DNA of 64,000 bases, taken from positions 64,203-128,202 of the IMG/VR virus record IMGVR_UViG_3300035704_000002. One strand, given 5' to 3'. The notes under the pieces were generated by a model. It saw only the letters and a list, made by a program, of their open reading frames with translations. It had not been told where the DNA came from and made no database searches. Source of the stretch: a virus. The translations under genes and the position numbers were made by a program. Positions 48,486 to 57,638 of this stretch are shown here, piece by piece. The stretch's first letter is position 1. Each line of letters starts with the position of its first letter.

Positions 48486-49114
48486 ACCGTCAGACCCAAC
48501 GTGCGACCGGCGCGCTGCACCGCGTCCCATAGGCCGCGCTCGCCACCGTTATTGTCCGGATGGGTCGTCCTGCAGGCCGCCCGCCAAGCCTGGCCCGTCG
48601 TGGCCTCGCCTGAGTCACTGGGCGCCATCCGGCGCAGGAACCGCAATGCCCCGTCTGGTGTGGACAGTTCGTCGTCGGCGTTGCGTGGTGCCTCGATCGC
48701 CAGCCATGACCGGTACTGCTCACCGCGCGAGCCGACTCCGTAGCGGTCAAGCTTGCGCAGCGCCTCCAGACCCAAGGCGATGGCGCGCAAGTTGATCTGC
48801 CAGTCGACCTCACCGTAGGACGTGGCATGAAACGTGTCACACGGGTAGGTCAGCGAGCCGAACTTGCTTGTGAACTGCACCGCGACACCAGGGTGGAACA
48901 CCGTGGCCCGCGCGCGCAGCATGCCGTCCTGGCGCACGTCGACAGCGCCGGCCACGACCAGCAACGTGATCTCGCCGTCCAGTCCCAGGTGTTCGGCCTC
49001 CTGGGTCAGCAGTTTCAACGTTTGGTCGAACGTGGAACGAAAGGGGTTGCCACGCCGCTTCTCCGTGTCGGCGAACCGCCAGTTGTCCATCGGCTCGATG
49101 CGCCAGCGCGACAT
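48482..49114 (-). CDS. phage protein with C-terminal J-domain-like HPD motif
   Basis: NPF, RQDG, PGV, CD.F, WQ.NLRAIALGLEALRKLDRYGV, THPD..GG. Confidence 0.8.
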   Translation of the reverse strand: MSRWRIEPMDNWRFADTEKRRGNPFRSTFDQTLKLLTQEAEHLGLDGEITLLVVAGAVDVRQDGMLRARATVFHPGVAVQFTSKFGSLTYPCDTFHATSYGEVDWQINLRAIALGLEALRKLDRYGVGSRGEQYRSWLAIEAPRNADDELSTPDGALRFLRRMAPSDSGEATTGQAWRAACRTTHPDNNGGERGLWDAVQRAGRTLGLTV

Positions 49115-49830
49115 CAGCGATCACCTCCCGAGTGCGCGACCCGCGCGGCCTGCTCCGCCTCGCGCGCTTCGCGGGTGGCGTAGAACTCCGACAACGCCAC
49201 GCGGGTGACTCCGGTTGGCAGCGCGTCGGCCGGGAAGAACAGCGACCGCTCGCACACCAGGTAAACGGTGCCCTCCACCGCGATCTCGTAGCCCAGGGAG
49301 TACAGGGTCGACCTGGACAGCACGGAGGCCGGGATACCGTACTCGCGCAGCACATCGGATATGTTCGGCATCATCGAGAGCGCGGCGGCCTGCTCGCGCC
49401 AGTAGTCGCCCGCCCTGCCGCGCGCCGCCGTGGCGTAGCCGCGTCGCAGTGACATCGACAGGCCGGGGATCTTGGCGAACTTGTTGTCCTGAGCGAAACC
49501 GACGAACCGGGTATCGACGTCCAGACGTTCGAATCCCGCGCGGACACCCTTCTTGGCATGCGCCCTGTTCCACGCCAGCCACACGTCGTTCCTGAAATGC
49601 TGCTGCTGCTCATGTCGCGCCACGATCGCGGCTGATATGTCCGGCGAACAGCGGTAGGCGTACAGCTCGGGTTGTTCGCCCATCTCGCTCGTCACTCCCT
49701 CGCGCTTGTCGTTCTCCAGCAAGGTCCACAGTCCGGCCACCATCTCCGGCACCTCGGTCGCGATCGTGTCCGGCATGACGCGATCCATCGCCGCGCGCAC
49801 CCAGTCGCCATTAGCTACGCGCGCGTTCAC
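49114..49830 (-). CDS. hypothetical protein
   Basis: ORF track; C-terminal LSEFYA..E. Confidence 0.65.
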   Translation of the reverse strand: MNARVANGDWVRAAMDRVMPDTIATEVPEMVAGLWTLLENDKREGVTSEMGEQPELYAYRCSPDISAAIVARHEQQQHFRNDVWLAWNRAHAKKGVRAGFERLDVDTRFVGFAQDNKFAKIPGLSMSLRRGYATAARGRAGDYWREQAAALSMMPNISDVLREYGIPASVLSRSTLYSLGYEIAVEGTVYLVCERSLFFPADALPTGVTRVALSEFYATREAREAEQAARVAHSGGDR

Positions 49831-49967
49831 GAGTCCATCTCTTTGATCAGGTAGTGCCCGTTGGTGAAGGTATGCAGCGCGCGGACCTGCTCACCGTTCA
49901 GCGTGGCCGGCAGTGCGCCACGCAACGTCGACAGGGCATGCAGCACCTGCTCACTCAGTGGCGTCAT
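49827..49967 (-). CDS. 46-aa hypothetical protein (not in the ORF track)
   Basis: GAGGAGG RBS, fills the gap, GTGA overlap with the next gene. Confidence 0.45.
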   Translation of the reverse strand: MTPLSEQVLHALSTLRGALPATLNGEQVRALHTFTNGHYLIKEMDS

Positions 49968-50142
49968 CGGCGGTGACCTCCTCGGGACTCGCCGGGCCGG
50001 GCCAGGATGGTGCGGGCAGGTGCGGGATGGGGTCGCCGAGTTCAGCGACCAGCGCGTCCCAGACGGGCGTGGGCTCCGGCGGTGGGACGAGATCTTCGAT
50101 CCTCATGCTAAACGCGGCGAACGCGGGCACGGCGTGGGTCAT
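49951..50142 (-). CDS. hypothetical protein
   Basis: GAGAGG RBS, first gene after promoter. Confidence 0.55.
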   Translation of the reverse strand: MTHAVPAFAAFSMRIEDLVPPPEPTPVWDALVAELGDPIPHLPAPSWPGPASPEEVTADDATE

Positions 50143-50168
50143 CGGGTACCTCTCACTCGGGTGGTATG

Positions 50169-50197
50169 AATCTAGCCGAGTTAGCTCGGCGTTTCAA
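50169..50197 (-). promoter_or_regulatory. early promoter with embedded operator
   Basis: TTGAAA-CGCCGAGCTAACTCGGC-TAGATT. Confidence 0.82.
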
Positions 50198-50738
50198 GCC
50201 CATGGGCGCCAGGCTCAAGAAGGTAGGCACGACCGTTACCCTCCAGTAGGTACACCTGGTCGCCGATGCGAAGCCGATTCCCGAACAGCGCCTCATCTAC
50301 GGTGACGATCGTCAGCGGTACATCGTCCACCGCAGTGCGCAGGTCTGCGTCGCTGGAGTCCTTGTCGCCGATCAAGGCGGCCAATCGGTGCCCCACTGCC
50401 GGCGACGCAACGGCAATGCCGCCAGTACGCCGACCCAGATCAACCACCTCGCGTGGAGTCAGGATCGGACCACCGCGCTGCGGCCCGACCCAACGCGGCT
50501 CACCCCAGGGAATCACCTGGGGCACCGGAAGCTGATACGACAAGACCAGCATGGGGTCGTCGTCCTCACCGTCCACCCTGGCGGCCAGCGCGCCATGCTG
50601 CTCGGCGCGCTCCTGCCCAATCACCGCGACAATGGCCGCCTGCAACTTCGCCCACTCCGGCAGGCTGCCCAAGCTGCGCACCGGGATTGTCCACTCGATG
50701 TATTCGCGTACGACCTTCTTCTCCGTGTAGTCGGCCAC
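50181..50738 (-). CDS. hypothetical protein
   Basis: ORF track, codon bias. Confidence 0.6.
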   Translation of the reverse strand: MADYTEKKVVREYIEWTIPVRSLGSLPEWAKLQAAIVAVIGQERAEQHGALAARVDGEDDDPMLVLSYQLPVPQVIPWGEPRWVGPQRGGPILTPREVVDLGRRTGGIAVASPAVGHRLAALIGDKDSSDADLRTAVDDVPLTIVTVDEALFGNRLRIGDQVYLLEGNGRAYLLEPGAHGLETPS

Positions 50739-50741
50739 GAT

Positions 50742-51014
50742 TCAGCTACCCCCATCCGTTGTGCGCGTGCTCGCGCCGATCGTCGGCTCCGGACCGGCGT
50801 TGTCCAGTTCGGCCACATCGGACAGCAGGCTCTCCAGCACATGCGAGAACATCGCGATGGCGAACAGCGTCATGCGCTCGCGCAGGCCGGCGTGTCGCCA
50901 CTTCGTGTGCACCATGTCCAGACACCAGCGCCGCAACCGGCGCAGCGCGTTCGCGTCGCCGGACCCGAAATACTCCGACAGATCCGGCATCGGCGCCGGG
51001 GTTCGTCTACTCAT
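50742..51014 (-). CDS. hypothetical protein
   Basis: ATG overlapping the upstream gene end. Confidence 0.55.
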   Translation of the reverse strand: MSRRTPAPMPDLSEYFGSGDANALRRLRRWCLDMVHTKWRHAGLRERMTLFAIAMFSHVLESLLSDVAELDNAGPEPTIGASTRTTDGGS

Positions 51015-51684
51015 GTCCCTGTCCTGTGCTCGTCTGGGTTGTCTCGATCCACCGCACCGTGCATACGGCGCACTCACGCACCACATGGCCGTCACTACTG
51101 TCCACAATGGCGTGACAGCCCCAGTGTCCGTCAGGGCAGTCACACTCCGCCCGCGTGGAACGTCGCACCACCAGTAGCGCGCCCTCGAAAGCCAAACTGA
51201 AGATCGAGTCGTCCGCCGCCTGCCGCGTCCGCGCCAACTCGACCTGCGCCTGCTCGATCTCCGCGCGAATGGCGATGCGGTCCAACTCCGAGAGCGCCAG
51301 CAGCAACAGCCGCGCACCGAGCACCGCGATGCGCTCCTCGATCTGCTCTGTGCGATTCACCAGATCGCGCTGACGCTGGCGGCGCTCCCGCGTGGCCGCC
51401 AGGAACGCGCGATCGCGCAGGTCGACCGGTAGGCGCGCCGAGTCCATCGGTGGAAACAACGGCTGAAGTGCCGGCCGCTCCTGCGGTGCGGACGCGGCCC
51501 GCCGGGCATCCCGCCATCGCGTCCAGCCCAGCAGGTACGCCACCGTGATGAGCACCATCAGCGGCGCGCCCCACAGCGGCGCGCCCAGCGCGATCACCAG
51601 GAACAGCAGGCACAACACCAACGCCGCGCCACTGGGCCACGCCGGACCGACCGGGCCACGCTGTCGCCAACGTCGCTGCGTCAC
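51007..51684 (-). CDS. membrane protein (2 TM, coiled coil, C-terminal Zn ribbon)
   Basis: TM pair, heptads, CDCPDGH...CAVC. Confidence 0.65.
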   Translation of the reverse strand: MTQRRWRQRGPVGPAWPSGAALVLCLLFLVIALGAPLWGAPLMVLITVAYLLGWTRWRDARRAASAPQERPALQPLFPPMDSARLPVDLRDRAFLAATRERRQRQRDLVNRTEQIEERIAVLGARLLLLALSELDRIAIRAEIEQAQVELARTRQAADDSIFSLAFEGALLVVRRSTRAECDCPDGHWGCHAIVDSSDGHVVRECAVCTVRWIETTQTSTGQGHE

Positions 51685-52217
51685 GAACCGGCCGAGCCCG
51701 CCGCCGGCTTCGACGCCGCGCCGCCACCGCCGAAACCACCGCGCACCACCGGCGAGCCCGGCTTGGGCGCCACCTTCGGTGCGGCCGGCCGGGCTGCCAC
51801 GGTGCGCGCCGAACCCGACTGCACCGCCCGAGTTCGCAACATCGACGCACTGCCGCCGCCCGAGGAAACTCCCCGATCCACCACGATCACCGTCGTCGTG
51901 GGCAGCGTGCGCACGAACGTCACGCCGCGCGGCATCGGCCGGCCCACCGCGATCACCGAGCCGGCATAGCCCGGCGTGTAGTAATCCCAGTAGTAACCGT
52001 CCAGGTCCGCCGCCAGGCCGAGAGCCGACACGGCACCACCGCACTCCCAGTCCGGGGCGCGCCATCCGGTCAACGGGTCCACGCACACGCCGATGTACGT
52101 CGGGTCGGCCACCAGCGGCGCGGCCGGCTCGCCACACCCGGCCAGGACGGGCGCCGCGATCGCGGCGCCCACCAGCGCCGTGAGCCACGCACCCGGCCGG
52201 CGTCCCTGCTTGGTCAT
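51681..52217 (-). CDS. putative lipoprotein (DUF1190-like)
   Basis: Lipobox LAGC, CVD..T.WR.PD..C, C-terminal RGGFGGG. Confidence 0.65.
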   Translation of the reverse strand: MTKQGRRPGAWLTALVGAAIAAPVLAGCGEPAAPLVADPTYIGVCVDPLTGWRAPDWECGGAVSALGLAADLDGYYWDYYTPGYAGSVIAVGRPMPRGVTFVRTLPTTTVIVVDRGVSSGGGSASMLRTRAVQSGSARTVAARPAAPKVAPKPGSPVVRGGFGGGGAASKPAAGSAGS

Positions 52218-53551
52218 GCTCGCTCCTCGGGGTCATCGGTGTGGCCGTCGTCGGGGTCGTCAGCGGGCGCGTGCTCGACGAAGGCAGCGTTGATGTCCCA
52301 CATTCCGGGTCCGCCGTCACCGCCGTCGGTGACGATCAGCTCCATTGGGGCTTCGCCATCCTCGTCCAGTAGCTCCACATCGGACAGTCCAGCCTCCGAG
52401 GTGCCGCCACTGTCGATGGCGACGCCGAACCGAGTCTTCGTTGGATCGACGTTCCTGGTGATCCACGTGACGCACCCGATGCCGTGATTGCGCTGAACGT
52501 CGGGAGCGCCGTGGTGCGGTCCGGGAAACACGCGGACCCGAACGCCGTGATCGATGTCATCGTTGGTCGGCGTGCGTACGGTGTTCTCGGTCGAACCGGC
52601 GGCGTCAGTGGCCGATGTCGCCACGTCGGGCAGCACCCACGGACCGTGCTGGTTGCTGGGCGACACGCAGTCCACCGAGCGGCGCAGCTTGCGCGTCCAC
52701 GACCGGTGGCAGTATCGGCAGACCGGCCGCACCGATGCCCTTCTGATCAGCTTCGCCAGTCGGCGCGCCAGCGGCTGCTCGCCCATCCAGGTCACCGCGT
52801 CCTGCTCGCAGAGCTGGTCAAACTCGCGCTCCGCGCCATCGACCGCGCCGTCGCCGCTCGGCCCCAACGGTCCGGACAGCAGACTGGCGAACTGGCCGAT
52901 CTCGCGCTCGTGGAAGCGCTGCGCCCGCCGATAGAGCCAGTCCAGCATGTTCGCCTGGTGCGTCACCGCCATGTCGTCCAGTCGGATCGGGTCGGCCTTG
53001 GCCGGCTTCCACCACACGTCCTGCTCCAACAGCGTCGTGACGCCCACGCCGGCCGGCGGCGGTGTGGCGCCGTCGCCCACCGACCAGATCAGCGCGGCGT
53101 GGCGCCGCTCCTGGGCGTGCTGCTCGTCCCCGGTGAGCGCCCGCGCGTACCGGGCCGACACCGTCAAGCCGTACAGCGACGTGACCGGATCGGGCGCGAT
53201 CGTGCCGCCGTAGCTCATGCCGTCGTGCACCACGCCGTTCGCGTCCCGGATCAGCGTGCTGATGCGCTTGACGTGCCAGAAGTGAGCCGTCACGGCCTGG
53301 ACGGCCTCCAGCAGGGCGTCGCTGAGTTGGCTGTCGGCGATGACACGGTAGCCGGGCTGCGCGGCCAGTTCGCGGTAGAGCAGGGTGGTGAGCGCGTACT
53401 GAAACTCAACCAGGGGGCTGAGCGACGCGATCGGCGGGCTGAGTATGTCGATGTTGGGAACGACGGGCAGGTTGAGGCCGTGTTCGGGGTCGAGTGTGGC
53501 GGGCGGGTCGCCGAACACGGCGCGGTAGTCCGCATCGATCGGATGTGTCAT
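52214..53551 (-). CDS. multidomain hypothetical protein
   Basis: GGAGG RBS; LLEQDVWW...LDDM..H..N.L.WL segment; CRYC. Confidence 0.7.
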   Translation of the reverse strand: MTHPIDADYRAVFGDPPATLDPEHGLNLPVVPNIDILSPPIASLSPLVEFQYALTTLLYRELAAQPGYRVIADSQLSDALLEAVQAVTAHFWHVKRISTLIRDANGVVHDGMSYGGTIAPDPVTSLYGLTVSARYARALTGDEQHAQERRHAALIWSVGDGATPPPAGVGVTTLLEQDVWWKPAKADPIRLDDMAVTHQANMLDWLYRRAQRFHEREIGQFASLLSGPLGPSGDGAVDGAEREFDQLCEQDAVTWMGEQPLARRLAKLIRRASVRPVCRYCHRSWTRKLRRSVDCVSPSNQHGPWVLPDVATSATDAAGSTENTVRTPTNDDIDHGVRVRVFPGPHHGAPDVQRNHGIGCVTWITRNVDPTKTRFGVAIDSGGTSEAGLSDVELLDEDGEAPMELIVTDGGDGGPGMWDINAAFVEHAPADDPDDGHTDDPEERA

Positions 53552-53580
53552 CGAGTCCTCCAGGTCAGACGGGGGATGCT

Positions 53581-53614
53581 CGGCTAGCCTAGCTGATACG
53601 GCTAGGTAAGACTA
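53581..53614 (-). promoter_or_regulatory. operator copy and probable promoter
   Basis: TAGCC-TAGCTGATAC-GGCTA (53585-53604); TAGTCT-17-TAGGCT possible. Confidence 0.65.
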
Positions 53615-53950
53615 GGGCAAATCCAGCGCCGTGAGCACGGCGCCCAACGCACTGGCCCGCGCGATCTCCGGCACCTGGTAGACCGGCGCCTGCGCGCGCG
53701 CCGACGCCAACACGTCCGGCTGGTCGTGCAGCGCCCATACCGACGCCGCATCGAAGCGCACCCGCTCCCACTGCGGCCACGGCGACATCGGCACCTGCGC
53801 GTGCAGCAGGCCGGCCGCCACCAGGAACGCCAGCACCGGCGGCTCGCACGCCAGCTCCCTGGCCGCGTCCGCAGCCACGGTGGAATACACGTAATGCCGG
53901 CGCGGCGCCGAGGCGACCGCGCGCACCGGTGGGCGGTCGGCGCGCGTCAT
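53612..53950 (-). CDS. hypothetical protein, possible excisionase-like HTH
   Basis: ADAARELAC...LVAAGLLHA...RFD. Confidence 0.55.
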   Translation of the reverse strand: MTRADRPPVRAVASAPRRHYVYSTVAADAARELACEPPVLAFLVAAGLLHAQVPMSPWPQWERVRFDAASVWALHDQPDVLASARAQAPVYQVPEIARASALGAVLTALDLP

Positions 53951-54648
53951 CGGGCATCACCCGTCGGTGCGTCCGCCAGGCGCAACGCGGGCGCCCGGTC
54001 CGCGCTCACGTCCGGCAGGTCGCCGGACTGCTGAAGCGCCGGCCAGTCACCGAAGTCCAGGCCCCACTCGCCGGTGGGTGACCACATCGAGCGCGGAACG
54101 CGCCACCAGGTGTGCCAGCGCTGCTTGCCGTCGGCCAGCGCTCGAACACCGCGCACCGAAATGCAGCCCAACCGGTCCAGCGCCTTGGCGGTGTGCGACG
54201 GCATGCCGGCGAACGCGCCCGGCCCGGACAGCGGTGCTCCTCGGCGCACCCAGTCGGCCAGCACCGTCTGTTGGATGTGCGCCAAGACGTGGCCGGAGTT
54301 GTTGCGACCCAGGACCGGCAGATTCTCGTGGATCGCCTGCGCGTAGTAGCCCACGGGCTGGTGTTGGGCCAGGTAGTCGCGCAGCGCGCGCGCGACGATG
54401 CGGATCTCGGCACTGGTCAGCGCATCGTCGCGCACCTCCAGTCGAGCGCGCAGTTCGGCCAACAGTCCGGGCGCGAAGAACATCGGCGGCCGGTCAGTGG
54501 TTAGTTCGGTCGGCGCGATCAGCGCGAAGGTGCAGCCAGCGCGGGTCAGGTCCAGCAGGTCGGTCGGCGGCATGTCCAGTACGGCGGCGGCCTGCGGAAG
54601 CGTCAGCGTGAAGGCGCCGGCCGCGTCCGGAAATGTGACGGGAGTCAT
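53947..54648 (-). CDS. putative DNA-binding protein (N-terminal HTH), first gene of the early arm, probably leaderless
   Basis: LTLPQAAAVLDMPPTDLLDL; TTGTCG-17-TACGGT promoter at 54655-54683. Confidence 0.6.
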   Translation of the reverse strand: MTPVTFPDAAGAFTLTLPQAAAVLDMPPTDLLDLTRAGCTFALIAPTELTTDRPPMFFAPGLLAELRARLEVRDDALTSAEIRIVARALRDYLAQHQPVGYYAQAIHENLPVLGRNNSGHVLAHIQQTVLADWVRRGAPLSGPGAFAGMPSHTAKALDRLGCISVRGVRALADGKQRWHTWWRVPRSMWSPTGEWGLDFGDWPALQQSGDLPDVSADRAPALRLADAPTGDAR

Positions 54649-54651
54649 AGC

Positions 54652-55510
54652 GGTACCGTAGCTGACCGAACTGCTATCGACAAGTCAATCTCAACTGTAG
54701 TGACCCGAGTAACAGGCGAATCTCGCCATCGAGTATTCGTTAGACAGGTTGCGCATTACGATTCTGTAACGCAATCTCAGTCAACGAGATGTCAAGATCA
54801 GGAACGAATACCTCATAACGGCGTCTTGTTGTATATCGGACTTGAATCGGTTCAGCAACCACCAAGATCGTGTCCATGCTGGTACCAGAACCTCGGTCAG
54901 GTTTACAAATTCCGCGCAGGTCAGAGCGATATTAGGCCGTTCGCCAAGAAGCGGTTTTCGGCCCTGGTACCGCGTGCCGGTACCAGGCACCACAGGGCCG
55001 CTGAACGACCATCGCCGAAGCGGCCATGACGCGGCACTGGGCGTGACCTGCGGGAGGTCAGGCGGCATCACGGAGCGCCCGGACGGGAGCAGTGGCGAAC
55101 GGCGGTCCATGACTAGCCGAGCAGTCCCCGAGGTCGTTCGGCGCCTTCTATAGGGAAAAAGTGATCAACATCTGGTACCAGGACCGCGACGTTTTTTAAA
55201 CAGCGTGACTGCAAACTCAAAGAGGCTCTTGACGACTGTAGCGGGTTGAGTTTGCAGTGTAGTTGTTTCGCAGTTCGCCCGGTCCAGGACCACAAGCCGG
55301 ATGGTAGAACGTTTTCCCAGTAGGGACCGATTCAGATAGTGGACACGATCACGGACAGGGCCGGTCCACTTAGCAACTAAGAGATCGCCTGACCTGTATG
55401 AAGACCGAAATGTCTGGACAGGGCTGGTACCCGGCGGTGCAATCGGAGCAGCCTCCGGATATACGAGATCACCGCTCTACCACTGGGTAATCCGCCATCC
55501 GGCCGGTACC
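54652..55510. other. noncoding control region, candidate replication origin
   Basis: Seven GGTACC copies, inverted GGTACCAG-N27/28-CAGGTCAG modules, AT-rich core, divergent transcription. Confidence 0.5.
55208..55258. repeat. perfect 13-bp inverted repeat with 25-nt spacer
   Basis: ACTGCAAACTCAA / TTGAGTTTGCAGT. Confidence 0.85.
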
Positions 55511-55780
55511 CCGAAGATCACTACTCGCACACCCGCTGTAGCTAAAGCTAGTCTTAACCAGCTCTTGTCTGGTAATTAGAAAGCGACGCGATGCGGAGAG
55601 TAACGGACGCTAACGCTCCGCCGAGCAAGAGGGGGGTCGGCGTGCGTGCGCGCGAACTACCAGAAGTACGCTCGTACTGCAAACACTTTCCTGGTGAGAG
55701 ACTGCGCGCTCAACTAATCCGGCCTGAAGTCCGGGCGGTTCGCGCGCCGCTCCGGGCGATCGCCGACCTACCCTGTGGCC

Positions 55781-56413
55781 ATGGCGGCTGATCAGGACGA
55801 GGTGGCGTTCGAACGGCGCCTGCGCGATGCCATGCCGCACTTCGGATCGCCGGACTTGGCACCGGTGCAGATGGCCGATCTGTTCGCGACGCTGGCCGCG
55901 ACGGCGGCGGCACGCGCGGCGTGGCTCGGGGAGCTGTTGGCCGAGCAGGTGCGCGTCCAGGGCTTGTCCGGCCTGGTCGGCCACCGCTACGGCGTGGACC
56001 AGGTCAACGGCGGCACTGTGGAGCTGAGCGAGGATCTGCGCGCCCTGGTGGTGCTGGAGGCGGCTGAGCGCGACCGCGCGGAGCGGCTGGCCCGTGACGG
56101 CCTGCGAATCGGGATCGAGGCCAAGCAGCTTGACGTGATGCGTGGCTACGGGCGCAGTATCGCCGAGAGTCTGCGCGCGTTCGCGCTGGAGCTGGGCTTG
56201 GAGTGGTCCGACGCGGCTACGCGGCGCGCGGCTCAGCGAGCGGTGTTGGCGGCGCGGCAAAACCTGGGTGTGGACTTCGCCTCGCCGGATCGGGTGGGTC
56301 CGCGCCTGAGTCCGGCGGAGCGGACGCGGGTGCTGGCGGCCGGGGCGATCGAGCCAGCCACGGCCAGCCTGGACGCCGCGCAACCGGCCCTGGAAGGCGC
56401 CGAGGATGCCTGA
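55781..56413 (+). CDS. putative terminase small subunit-like protein
   Basis: EDLRALVVLEAAERDRAERLARDGLRIGIEAKQ resembles the helical C-terminal region of actinophage terS-like proteins; next to HNH. Confidence 0.5.
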   Translation: MAADQDEVAFERRLRDAMPHFGSPDLAPVQMADLFATLAATAAARAAWLGELLAEQVRVQGLSGLVGHRYGVDQVNGGTVELSEDLRALVVLEAAERDRAERLARDGLRIGIEAKQLDVMRGYGRSIAESLRAFALELGLEWSDAATRRAAQRAVLAARQNLGVDFASPDRVGPRLSPAERTRVLAAGAIEPATASLDAAQPALEGAEDA

Positions 56414-56452
56414 GAGCGCCGAGCGGCCCGTTCCCCAACAGGCGGGCGCGAC

Positions 56453-56472
56453 TAGCCGTCCTGACTCGGCTG
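56453..56472. promoter_or_regulatory. operator copy, no clear promoter
   Basis: TAGCC-GTCCTGACTC-GGCTG, intergenic. Confidence 0.55.
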
Positions 56473-56572
56473 GCGGCGATCTGAGCGCCACCGGGCTCGA
56501 ACTGGACGGGGTGCGGTTCCCGCACTGTGATCAGCGCGTACTTCACGCACCTTTACCTGTTACACTTGCGGC

Positions 56573-57133
56573 GTGAATGTTCTTCCACCTGATAGGGCCT
56601 CGGCACGCCTGCTGGGTAATTCTCGCTATTTCACTGGTCGTTCGTGCCCCAAAGAGCACGTTACCGCTCGGTATACCTCGAACGGCGCGTGCCTCGGCTG
56701 CCTCGGCTTGGCGGCAGATGAATTGCAGCGTGGTGATCGTGCTCGGTATTGCGCTAAGCATGATAAACAGTACCGCGCTCAGTGCACAGCGTGTCGAGCT
56801 GAATGGCGTCGCGATCATCCCTACTCGCCTGAAAGGAAGGCTGAATTAGCGGCGGCACAACGTCAGAGAATAGCAGTCTGTCGCGCGTATTCACGCGAGG
56901 TGCGGACTGCACCGTGTGCTGATTGTGGTTGTAGTTACCCATGGTACGTAATGGAGTTCGATCATCGGTTGGGTCGCCGAGGTGGCAGCGACGCTACCGT
57001 GTCTTCGTTGATCGGACAGGGAAATATACGACGCATTCGGGAGGAGATTGATAAGTGCGACGTAGTGTGCGCTAACTGTCACCGAGTTCGAACCCATCAG
57101 CGTGATGTAGAATTAGGAAAAAGATCTGCATGA
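56573..57133 (+). CDS. HNH endonuclease with N-terminal Zn motifs
   Basis: YFTGRSCPKEH..RY..NGACLGC; CADCG...MEFDH...EIDKCDVVCANCHRVRT; lower GC; TGTTACACT extended -10 just before the GTG. Confidence 0.88.
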   Translation: MNVLPPDRASARLLGNSRYFTGRSCPKEHVTARYTSNGACLGCLGLAADELQRGDRARYCAKHDKQYRAQCTACRAEWRRDHPYSPERKAELAAAQRQRIAVCRAYSREVRTAPCADCGCSYPWYVMEFDHRLGRRGGSDATVSSLIGQGNIRRIREEIDKCDVVCANCHRVRTHQRDVELGKRSA

Positions 57134-57330
57134 TCGGGAAATGGTTTACCGTACTGTCCGGCAACCGACCCGTGGCGCCCGGATCGTCGGCACCCTCGGC
57201 CGCGACCTACGTCGCCGCGCCACCCCGCGACGAAGCTGGCCGGCCGATCGCGCACTACGGCGACGCCAGTTCGGGCATCCTGCGCAGACTGGCACGCGGC
57301 TGGCGACGGCCGGGCCGGTACTGGCCGTGA
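57130..57330 (+). CDS. hypothetical protein
   Basis: ATGA/GTGA coupling. Confidence 0.5.
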   Translation: MIGKWFTVLSGNRPVAPGSSAPSAATYVAAPPRDEAGRPIAHYGDASSGILRRLARGWRRPGRYWP

Positions 57331-57638
57331 GCACCGAGCCGCTGGATCTGGGGCACGACCACACGGTGACGTTCACCAGCACGTATGGCGAACCGGACGG
57401 CGACTGGTTGGGGGCGATCGTGTCGCACCGGAAACCTGACGGCACGCCCTGTCTGGGCGGCTCTGTGCTATTCGAAGTGAGCCGACACGGCGTTGCGGCA
57501 ACCGAGTCGCAGCGCCAGGGTCGTCACACCTGGCAAGTCCAGTCGTGGGAGCCGCCCACCCTATGGCCCTCGCTGCGCTGCCGACTCTGTGGCGACCACG
57601 GGTGGGTGCGCGAGGGTCGCTGGGTGGCGGCGCCGTGA
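57327..57638 (+). CDS. DUF6527-like small Zn-binding protein
   Basis: W....EPPTLWPSLRCRLCGDHGWVREGRWV. Confidence 0.7.
   Translation: MSTEPLDLGHDHTVTFTSTYGEPDGDWLGAIVSHRKPDGTPCLGGSVLFEVSRHGVAATESQRQGRHTWQVQSWEPPTLWPSLRCRLCGDHGWVREGRWVAAP

Noticed and set aside
45553-48795. 1080-aa ORF on the + strand
   Set aside because: Antisense shadow of the SNF2 helicase and neighbours; typical high-GC artefact with no motifs
49520-49545. GTTCGAATCCC resembling a tRNA T-loop
   Set aside because: Inside a coding gene; no acceptor, D or anticodon arms found
55114-55122. TAGCCGAG half-sites here and at 58854
   Set aside because: No second half-site at N10 spacing and no promoter geometry; not counted as operators
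55208-55258. Protelomerase telRL site
   Set aside because: Arms separated by a 25-nt non-palindromic spacer and no protelomerase gene in the window
54700-55295. Short ORFs in the control region
   Set aside because: No RBS, atypical codon use, overlapping on both strands; treated as noncoding
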